A stretch of 24,000 nt of DNA, taken from the NCBI GenBank assembly GCA_964347325.1, contig CAYFYA010000005.1:52984-76983 (forward strand). Reading direction: 5' to 3'. How positions within the stretch are numbered: the first letter of the stretch is position 1; each line of letters begins with the position of its first letter. Shown piece after piece: positions 8,127-14,710 of this stretch. The notes beneath the pieces were generated by a model. The model did no database searches. It was given only the letters and a program-made list of their open reading frames with translations, and was not told where the DNA came from. This DNA is from an uncultured Methanomassiliicoccales archaeon (lineage in GTDB: Archaea > Thermoplasmatota > Thermoplasmata > RBG-16-68-12 > JAJISG01). The position numbers and the translations under genes are program-made.

Positions 8127-8684
8127 ATGCCCCTCCCCGCCGTCTACAGGGAATCGCTACCTGTTCTACTATTGGCGGGGCTAGGTCTGGTAGCGGCCGG
8201 CCTCGTCCTCGGAGGAATGAGGGATGTCCTGGAACGTACTCCTGGGCTCCTGGTTATGGTGCCGGCCCTCATCGCCCTTCGCGGCGGCATCAGTGGCGCC
8301 CTTGGCGCGCGGATGGGCTCCGCCTTCCACATGGGTCTAATCTCGGAGGGCAGCCTCTGGAACGACGAGGCTCAGCAGAACGTGCTCGCTGCCGTTCTTT
8401 TGAGCGCCCTCTTCTCCTTCCTGGCGGGCGTATTGAGCTACGCGACCTCGATTCTACTAGGCCTCCAGACTGCAAGTCTCGTGTCCCTTGCGCTCATCGC
8501 CACGCTTGCCGGAACCCTGGCTGGCATTTCGCAGGTTGGCATAACCTTCGGCATCATCCTGGCTGCCTTCCGTTGGGGTCTCGATCCAGATAACGTTACC
8601 ACCCCCACCCTGGCAACCGTCGGGGATGTCATCACAATCCTCCTCCTCTTCGTGATCGCCCTGTCCATGGGAGGCGTTGCATGA
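8127..8684 (+). CDS. MgtE/SLC41-type divalent cation transporter membrane domain, half-size subunit A (185 aa)
   Basis: Multi-TM protein with PALIALRGGISGALGARMGS and GLDPDNVTTPTLATVGDVITILLLF, which match MgtE-family transmembrane-domain motifs. It has no cytosolic N/CBS domains. Confidence 0.7.
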   Translation: MPLPAVYRESLPVLLLAGLGLVAAGLVLGGMRDVLERTPGLLVMVPALIALRGGISGALGARMGSAFHMGLISEGSLWNDEAQQNVLAAVLLSALFSFLAGVLSYATSILLGLQTASLVSLALIATLAGTLAGISQVGITFGIILAAFRWGLDPDNVTTPTLATVGDVITILLLFVIALSMGGVA

Positions 8685-9238
8685 CGTTCTACTCCTACAG
8701 GACCATCATGGGCGAGAGCTTCCTGGCGCTGACCTTTCTTCTGGTTGTCACCCTCCTTGCGGGCCACCTCCTCAACGGGGCTGCCGACCTCTTCCTGGCG
8801 GCCCCCTTTCTCCTCATCCTGGTTCCCGTGGTCAACGGCATCGGCGGGAACGTTGGTACTGTCCTTGGATCCCGAATCACCTCGGGCCTCTATACAGGGA
8901 CCATCGCCCCGAAGCTGGGGGACAGGGGGCTCCTCCGGAACGTCAGAGACGGCGTCATCCTCTACATCGTAACCTTCACCGTTCTGGCAATGTTCATATA
9001 CGGATTGGGGCCATTAACAGGAGTCGTACCACCCTTTGGAGTGGGGGTGCTCCTCTTAGTCATGCTCTCCACCGGTCTGATGCTCGCGGGGGTCCTTACC
9101 GCGGTGACCGTCTCGGTGGCCTTCCTATCCTTTTCCAGGGGCCTAGACCCCGACAACTTCGTCACTCCGGTGGTGACGACTATGGGAGACATCGTTGGAA
9201 TTGGATTCCTGGTCTTGGTTCTGGGGGTGCTACTGTGA
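8681..9238 (+). CDS. MgtE/SLC41-type divalent cation transporter membrane domain, half-size subunit B (185 aa, paralog of the previous gene)
   Basis: VPVVNGIGGNVGTVLGSRITS and GLDPDNFVTPVVTTMGDIVGIGFLV, with the same length and layout as subunit A. ATGA overlap with the upstream gene. Confidence 0.7.
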   Translation: MTFYSYRTIMGESFLALTFLLVVTLLAGHLLNGAADLFLAAPFLLILVPVVNGIGGNVGTVLGSRITSGLYTGTIAPKLGDRGLLRNVRDGVILYIVTFTVLAMFIYGLGPLTGVVPPFGVGVLLLVMLSTGLMLAGVLTAVTVSVAFLSFSRGLDPDNFVTPVVTTMGDIVGIGFLVLVLGVLL

Positions 9239-9843
9239 AAGAGAGCTTTGAGGAAGTCGAGTACGAGCCTACGAGCGTCAAGGACCTGTTGGTTGAGATG
9301 AAGGATACCAGCGAACTGATTATCGACCTGGCGTACGCGGCGGTAATGTTCGACAGTGACGAGCTGGCGGAGGAGGTCCGTCACCTGGAGAGCAGGATGG
9401 ACTTCCTGAGGTACCAGATGCGTATGATCGCCCTCATGGCTAGCAGGACGAGAGAGGACTCCGAGAGGCTGGCGGGGATCCTTCAGGTTGCTTCGGCCGC
9501 GGAGACCATCTCGAACGCGGCGGGCGACATCGTGGACCTCCTGGAGCAGAGGATAGAAGCTAGGCCCTTCCTGCCCTTCGTCCTCCAGGAAGCGGAGGAG
9601 AAGATCCGAATCCTGCGAATGAGCAAGAAGTCCTCCATGCTAGCGCGGGACGTAGCGGACCTTCGAGTTGAGTCGGAGACCGGGATGAGGATTATCGCCA
9701 TCCGCCGCGGAAGACGTTGGAACTACGACCCGCCTAGCAGCACAGTCCTCAGGGAAGGCGACCTGTTGATTGTTCGTGGGACGGAAGACGGCTACAACAG
9801 GCTGACGAGATACGCGTCTGGAGAGGAGGGTTGGCCGGGGTGA
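9235..9843 (+). CDS. Cytosolic PhoU-like helical domain + TrkA-C (RCK_C) domain protein, copy 1
   Basis: Only the last 202 codons of track ORF 8677..9843 are credible, with a GTG start at 9235 overlapping the upstream TGA. The sequence VKDLLVEMKDTSELIIDLAYAAV...ETISNAAGDIVDL is followed by VADLRVESETGMRIIAIRRGRRWNYDPPSSTVLREGDLLIVRG (TrkA-C pattern). Confidence 0.65.
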   Translation: MKESFEEVEYEPTSVKDLLVEMKDTSELIIDLAYAAVMFDSDELAEEVRHLESRMDFLRYQMRMIALMASRTREDSERLAGILQVASAAETISNAAGDIVDLLEQRIEARPFLPFVLQEAEEKIRILRMSKKSSMLARDVADLRVESETGMRIIAIRRGRRWNYDPPSSTVLREGDLLIVRGTEDGYNRLTRYASGEEGWPG

Positions 9844-9847
9844 TCGC

Positions 9848-10402
9848 TTGGATATAGAGGACATTCTCCTTGAGATGAAGGACACGAGCGAGCTGATGGT
9901 GGACCTGGCCTACTCTGCCCTCCTCTACGACAACGAGGAGATCGCCCGCCAGGTCCTGGAGCTGGAGAGCCAAGTAGACGAATGGGACGAACAGGTTCAG
10001 AAGCTGGCGGTGGAGAGGGCGATCGAGGATAGAGACGTGGAGAAGGCCCTGGTCTTCATACGACTCGCGGACTCCATCGAGACAGTAGCCGACGGTGCCA
10101 TCGAGATCGCCGACGTCGTTCTGAGGGATATCGAGCCCCATCCTGTGGTGGCAGCCGCATTGAAGGAGTCAGATACTGCAATCACAACCGTGAAGGTGCC
10201 TGCAGCATCTCCGGCGGCGGGCAGAACGCTGGGGGAGATGAAGCTGGCTTCAGAGACCGGCATGTGGGTCATCGCCATTCGCAGGGGAGAGAGATGGATC
10301 TACGGCCCCGACGAGAACACTCGGGTGGAGCCGGGAGATCTGCTCATCGCCCGCGGACCCGTGGAAGGCGAGGAGGAGCTTAGGCACTACATCGGTGGAT
10401 AG
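9848..10402 (+). CDS. Cytosolic PhoU-like helical domain + TrkA-C (RCK_C) domain protein, copy 2
   Basis: Paralog of the previous gene: ILLEMKDTSELMVDLAYSAL...ETVADGAIEIADV...LGEMKLASETGMWVIAIRRGERWIYGPDENTRVEPGDLLIARG. TTG start. The stop codon overlaps the 3' end of the convergent tRNA. Confidence 0.65.
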   Translation: MDIEDILLEMKDTSELMVDLAYSALLYDNEEIARQVLELESQVDEWDEQVQKLAVERAIEDRDVEKALVFIRLADSIETVADGAIEIADVVLRDIEPHPVVAAALKESDTAITTVKVPAASPAAGRTLGEMKLASETGMWVIAIRRGERWIYGPDENTRVEPGDLLIARGPVEGEEELRHYIGG

Positions 10403-10472
10403 CCCCGGGCAGATTCGAACTGCCGTCACGAGGTCCAGAACCTCGCATGATTGACCGCTACACTACGGGGCT
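10400..10472 (-). tRNA. tRNA-Gln(CUG), copy 1 (73 nt, no encoded CCA)
   Basis: Hand-folded minus-strand sequence AGCCCCGTAGTGTAGCGGTCAATCATGCGAGGTTCTGGACCTCGTGACGGCAGTTCGAATCTGCCCGGGGCTA. Acceptor AGCCCCG/CGGGGCT (A1:U72), discriminator A. Anticodon stem CGAGG/CCTCG with loop TT-CTG-GA. T arm GGCAG-TTCGAAT-CTGCC. Confidence 0.85.
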
Positions 10473-10495
10473 GCTTTGAGGCCTCATCTAGGCCT

Positions 10496-12184
10496 CTAGG
10501 AGCGGTTCACGCCAGAATCGCGTTTCTGCATCTTCGCCCATGGGTCGCGGAGCGTCGCTGTCCTGTTCAGCACCAACCGATCATCTTCAGTATCGGGGTC
10601 CACGCAGAAATAGCCATTCCGTTCGAACTGGAATCGTGAGAAGGGCCCCAGCCCGCGAACCGCGGGCTCGACCTTGCAGCCCATCAAGACCTTGAGAGAC
10701 TCTGGGTTCACGAAATCCTTGAAGTCCCTGCCCCTCTCACCGAGTGGGTCCGATACGTTGAAGAGCTTGTCGTAGAGGCGCACCTGGGCATCGACAGCGT
10801 GTTCAGCCGAGACCCAATGCAGCGTGGATCGGACCTTCCTGCCGTCGGGGGCGTCTCCCCCTCGCGTGGCTGGGTCCACCGTGCAGCGAAGTTCCACTAC
10901 CTCCCCACCTTCCTTGATCGCCTCCTGGCACGTGACCAGGTAGGCGTACCTCAGCCTGACCTCCCGACCCGGTGCCAATCGGTAGTACTTCTCCGGAGGG
11001 TCTTCCATGAAGTCTTCCGCCTCGATGTAGAGGACGCGGGAGAAGGGCACCTTGCGGGTGCCAGCACTCGGATCCTCCGGATTATTCACGGCATCGAACC
11101 ACTCCACCTTGGCCTCCGGGTGGTTCTCGATAACCAGTCTCAGAGGGCGCAGGACACCCATGAATCGCGGCGTGGTCCTGTTGAGATCTTCCCGTACACA
11201 ATGCTCCAAGAATTCGAAGTCGACCGTGCTGTGGACCTTGGCAACGCCGATTCGACTGCAGAAACTCCTGATGGAAGCGGGGGAGTAGCCGCGGCGGCGC
11301 ATCCCACTGATAGTGGGCAAACGAGGGTCGTCCCATCCGTCGACGTAGCCACCCTCGACGAGTTCTAGGAGCTTCCGCTTGCTCATCACCGTGTAAGTCA
11401 GGTTGAGGCGTGCAAACTCGATCTGCCGCGGATGGTAGACACCAAGCTCCCCCAGGTACCAATCGTAGAGGGGACGATGGTCCTCGAACTCCAGGGTGCA
11501 TAGGGAGTGGGTGATGCCCTCGATGGAGTCTTCCAGGCCGTGGGCCCAATCGTAGGTTGGGTAGATGCACCACTTGTCCCCGGTGTTATGGTGGGTGGCG
11601 TGAAGGATCCTGTACATCACGGGATCTCGCATGTTCATATTCGGATGGGCCATGTCGATCCTAGCGCGCAAGACCTTCTCCCCCTCGGAGAACTCGCCAG
11701 CTCGCATCCGCTCCAGCAGTTCTAGGTTCTCACCGACAGACCGCTTCCTGTGGGGGCTCTCGATTCCAGGGGTTGTCAGCGTCCCTCGCTGCTCGCTGAT
11801 TTGCTCCGCCTGCAGGTCGTCCACAAAAGCCTTGCCCTTCTTGACCAGCTGGACCGCATAGTTATACATCTGGTCGAAGTAGTCGGAGGCGAAGTAGAGG
11901 CGGTCATCCCAGTCGAAGCCGAGCCACTTCACGTCCTCGATGATCGACTGGACGTACGTCTTCTCCTCTCTGAGGGGGTTCGTGTCGTCGAAGCGGAGGT
12001 TGCAGAGGCCTCCATACTCCTCAGCGACGCCGAAGTTGAGGCAGATCGACTTGGCGTGGCCTATGTGGAGGTAGCCGTTGGGCTCCGGTGGGAAGCGAGT
12101 GTGCACTCGACCCTCGTATCTGCCCGTCTGGTTGTCCTTATCGATGATCTTGCGGATGAAGTCCGTTGGAGGCTCCGATTCCAT
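10496..12184 (-). CDS. glnS: Glutaminyl-tRNA synthetase, bacterial type (562 aa)
   Basis: It can be aligned by eye along its full length with E. coli GlnS as remembered: [134 protein letters not shown]. The start is placed at MESEPP (12184) because the 28 extra track codons run into the upstream tRNA gene. Confidence 0.9.
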   Translation of the reverse strand: MESEPPTDFIRKIIDKDNQTGRYEGRVHTRFPPEPNGYLHIGHAKSICLNFGVAEEYGGLCNLRFDDTNPLREEKTYVQSIIEDVKWLGFDWDDRLYFASDYFDQMYNYAVQLVKKGKAFVDDLQAEQISEQRGTLTTPGIESPHRKRSVGENLELLERMRAGEFSEGEKVLRARIDMAHPNMNMRDPVMYRILHATHHNTGDKWCIYPTYDWAHGLEDSIEGITHSLCTLEFEDHRPLYDWYLGELGVYHPRQIEFARLNLTYTVMSKRKLLELVEGGYVDGWDDPRLPTISGMRRRGYSPASIRSFCSRIGVAKVHSTVDFEFLEHCVREDLNRTTPRFMGVLRPLRLVIENHPEAKVEWFDAVNNPEDPSAGTRKVPFSRVLYIEAEDFMEDPPEKYYRLAPGREVRLRYAYLVTCQEAIKEGGEVVELRCTVDPATRGGDAPDGRKVRSTLHWVSAEHAVDAQVRLYDKLFNVSDPLGERGRDFKDFVNPESLKVLMGCKVEPAVRGLGPFSRFQFERNGYFCVDPDTEDDRLVLNRTATLRDPWAKMQKRDSGVNRS

Positions 12185-12211
12185 GGCAGCCCACTCTGAG
12201 GATGCTGGAGA

Positions 12212-12282
12212 TAGCCCCGGCCGGATTTGAACCGGCGCCTGGGGATCCAGAGTCCCATATGCTGCCACTACACCACGGGGCT
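12212..12282 (-). tRNA. tRNA-Gln(CUG), copy 2 (71 nt, no encoded CCA)
   Basis: Hand-folded minus-strand sequence AGCCCCGTGGTGTAGTGGCAGCATATGGGACTCTGGATCCCCAGGCGCCGGTTCAAATCCGGCCGGGGCTA. Same acceptor stem and discriminator as copy 1. Anticodon stem (T)GGGA/TCCC(C) with loop CT-CTG-GA. T arm GCCGG-TTCAAAT-CCGGC. Confidence 0.8.
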
Positions 12283-12308
12283 GCTCCTTAAGTCTCAGTC
12301 CAAGTTGT

Positions 12309-12316
12309 CTCTAAAT
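12309..12316 (-). promoter_or_regulatory. TATA box (TATTTAGA, preceded by purine-rich GGAAAGG) for the tRNA-Gln / glnS / tRNA-Gln unit
   Basis: Minus strand reads GAGGAAAGGTATTTAGAGACAACTTGGACTGAGACTTAAGGAGC followed by the tRNA 5' end. The box ends 27 nt upstream of tRNA position 1, the canonical archaeal spacing. Confidence 0.55.
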
Positions 12317-12423
12317 ACCTTTCCTCAATTGCGCGGCACGGACCGCTTCAGGCAGGTGGGCTGACATCCACCGCAGCTCCGTAGGGGGGCCACATTATCA
12401 GGGAGGTCTTGCAGGCGGGAACT

Positions 12424-14010
12424 TCAGTCTCGGCTGGCCTCATCCAATCGAGAGAGGACGAAGTCCCTGTCCAGGACGACGAGCAACGGTGCGGCCCTGG
12501 GACCTGATGGCTTACCTAGAAAAACCGTGTAGAGAGCGGCGAAGAACCTCTTCGTCGAAACTCGCAGGGTTCCGCTGCCCGTGAGCTCCACCATGGCATC
12601 CTTCACGCTCCCCTCCAACCAGGGGATGTCCTCCAGCCGACCCCGCAGGGCGGCCAACGCTTCTCTTTCCTTGCTGGAGAGGCCCTCCCGCACCTCAGCG
12701 GGCAAGGTCTCTTGTATCTGAAAGCGTGCATCTTCCGGACCATAGTTGGTCACCCACAGTAGCGACTGTTCAAGCCGCTTCCCAAGCAGCTCCCTCTCCG
12801 CCTGCGTGAGAGACCTATCCAGGAGTCCAGTGTCCTCCAGCCGCCTTGTGGACCAGTCGAGACGGCCGTCAGGAGGTGCCGCTTGAGCCATAATAGATGC
12901 ATGGCGATAGGCAACCTGGAAGGGCATCTCAGAAGGGGGCGCACCGAGTAGAGATAGCGAGTATGACCTAGCCTCAGGCGACTCGCCACTGAAGAACGCG
13001 GCCTCACCTTGGTCATAGGCCTGATGATACAAGTCCATCTTGGCAAGGTCCAGGACGACCCTGCGGCGGATCGGGATGTTGGCATACAGGAAGCGGAGGA
13101 TCTCGGGCTCCGCCATCTCCAGCCACTCCTCGGGCCCGAACCCCACGAAGTCTGAGCTGTCCATATCTCCTCGGTCCTGACCGTTCTCCGATAGGCCCAC
13201 CCACTCGTATGGAATGCCCAAAGGCGGCTTAATCCCAATGACGTCTTCAGCGATGGCAGCACAGCTCTCCCGGGAGCCACCTGGCGCCGCGTGGTCCTTC
13301 CCGAAGGGCTCCACATCCACCTTAAGCAGGGCCCAGAGGGCAGGCCACTCTACCCGCCAGTTCAGTTTGCCCAGACTCAGGTGTGACGTCCCGCTGTGGC
13401 CGCACCCGCACTCATAGTCGACCTCGGCCGCACGAACCTCGAGGGCCCTGGCCTGGCCAACTCGATGACACTCATCGCACAGAGGCTCGAAGGGGACCCA
13501 GCCCTCTGGATGGGGGTTACGGGGCCTGTAATCGTTGAGTATCCGCCTTATCTCCTCCGTCAGGGGCAGTATTCGTCGGACGAGATCAATCATCTCCTCT
13601 CGCTCGTAGATCTCCGTCGTCGTCGTAACCTCGACGCCGGGAGCAAAGCGCTGCAGCGAGGAGCCGAAGCCCTCCCAGAAGTGGTCCACCCAGTTCCCAT
13701 GGCACCCGTGGGGGTCAGGAACGTCGATCAGCCGCCAGCCCGTGTAGGCCTTTCCTTCATCTCCAGCGAACTGTGCGACCTGTTTGGGACTTCCCTTCCA
13801 CGGGTCCTGCGTGTAAAGGACGAGGTGCTGGACTACCTCCTTCCCCTCATCCCTGAGGTGCGAGGCGATGAAGTGGTTGAGGACGATCTCTCCACGCAGC
13901 CTTCCGACGTGCTGGAGGCCCGACACGGAGAGGCCCGCGTTGCAGACTACCTTCGACTTGGACGCTAGGAAAGCGTCTACGGAGTGGGCAAGCTCATCGA
14001 ACCAGTGCAT
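12424..14010 (-). CDS. lysK: Class I lysyl-tRNA synthetase homolog (528 aa) with a non-canonical KMSKS loop
   Basis: MHWFDELA..., SGLQHVGRLRG (HVGN-type HIGH motif), VPDPHGCH, a CxxC...CxC zinc-like insertion, LNWRVEWPALW, EPFGKDH, and C-terminal FFAALYTVFLGKPSGPRAAPLL all follow the class I LysRS layout. The KMSSSKG position reads DMDSSDF. Confidence 0.8.
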   Translation of the reverse strand: MHWFDELAHSVDAFLASKSKVVCNAGLSVSGLQHVGRLRGEIVLNHFIASHLRDEGKEVVQHLVLYTQDPWKGSPKQVAQFAGDEGKAYTGWRLIDVPDPHGCHGNWVDHFWEGFGSSLQRFAPGVEVTTTTEIYEREEMIDLVRRILPLTEEIRRILNDYRPRNPHPEGWVPFEPLCDECHRVGQARALEVRAAEVDYECGCGHSGTSHLSLGKLNWRVEWPALWALLKVDVEPFGKDHAAPGGSRESCAAIAEDVIGIKPPLGIPYEWVGLSENGQDRGDMDSSDFVGFGPEEWLEMAEPEILRFLYANIPIRRRVVLDLAKMDLYHQAYDQGEAAFFSGESPEARSYSLSLLGAPPSEMPFQVAYRHASIMAQAAPPDGRLDWSTRRLEDTGLLDRSLTQAERELLGKRLEQSLLWVTNYGPEDARFQIQETLPAEVREGLSSKEREALAALRGRLEDIPWLEGSVKDAMVELTGSGTLRVSTKRFFAALYTVFLGKPSGPRAAPLLVVLDRDFVLSRLDEASRD

Positions 14011-14016
14011 CCCATC

Positions 14017-14610
14017 TCACGCGATTCCCCTGGCCCTGACCAGGGCCCTCAGGGGTACACCGTCTACATCATCCTTGTCCGTCTTGTTGACCACGACGAC
14101 GGCCAAGACCGCCTTTCCCCCAGCCTGTTGGATCTCATTCGCGGTGCCCCGGATCGTCTCTCCAGTGCCCATGACGTCGTCAACTATAACGACGTTCTTG
14201 CCGTCGACACCAGCATAGTTTGAGCTGAAGGCACCGCCTTTGTGGCGCTCCGCCGCCGGCCGATAGACCACGAGCTCCTTGCCCAAGTCCTCTGAGATGA
14301 GCGTCGCGAAGGGTATGCCGTTGATGGAGATTCCCACAATCGAATCCGCCTCGATGTCCCGCTTTTCCATCTCCTCGAGGATGACATCCGTCAGGGCCGC
14401 CGAGACGAAGCCTATTCGGTTGCCATAGACCCCGATGGATCTCCAGCCAATCTTGATGTCACGGGGCGGGGCCCCACCCTTGACGCCGCGAGTAAGAAGC
14501 CAGGTAACCGTCTCTGAGGATAGGTGCAAATCGTCGCCTATCTCCTTCTCGCTTAGCCCTTTCTCCTTGTACTCCATCGCCTTGCGGACTAGCGCATCTA
14601 TGCTCTTCAT
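14017..14610 (-). CDS. HTH + phosphoribosyltransferase-domain protein (PyrE-like / GfcR-type putative transcription regulator)
   Basis: N-terminal KGLSEKEIGDDLHLSSETVTWLL (HTH) fused to a type I PRT domain with the PRPP loop VVIVDDVMGTGETI. The ATG at 14610 is preferred over the GTG at 14616. The stop lies 6 nt before the lysK ATG. Confidence 0.75.
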   Translation of the reverse strand: MKSIDALVRKAMEYKEKGLSEKEIGDDLHLSSETVTWLLTRGVKGGAPPRDIKIGWRSIGVYGNRIGFVSAALTDVILEEMEKRDIEADSIVGISINGIPFATLISEDLGKELVVYRPAAERHKGGAFSSNYAGVDGKNVVIVDDVMGTGETIRGTANEIQQAGGKAVLAVVVVNKTDKDDVDGVPLRALVRARGIA

Positions 14611-14641
14611 CTGCACACCGGGGAAGGCAACTTGTACACCG

Positions 14642-14649
14642 ATATTAAG
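14642..14649 (-). promoter_or_regulatory. TATA-like box (TTAATATC on minus strand) for the PyrE-like / lysK operon
   Basis: Minus strand reads CCTTAATATCGGTGTACAAGTTGCCTTCCCCGGTGTGCAGATG. The box is 32 nt upstream of the ATG. Confidence 0.4.
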
Positions 14650-14710
14650 GTTGAGTTCTGGTCAACCTGGGCCTTCATATCTGCAGTGCTTGCTTTCGGC
14701 CTTGACGTCA

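Noticed and set aside
8677-9234. N-terminal 186 codons of track ORF 8677..9843 (Pro/Arg/Gly-rich)
   Set aside because: This stretch lies out of frame over the well-supported MgtE-like subunit B gene. Only the part from the GTG at 9235 onward has domain-like sequence.
12185-12268. 28-codon N-terminal extension of the GlnRS ORF ([10 protein letters not shown]...)
   Set aside because: It would run through the tRNA-Gln copy 2 gene. Homology to GlnS begins just after MESEPP.
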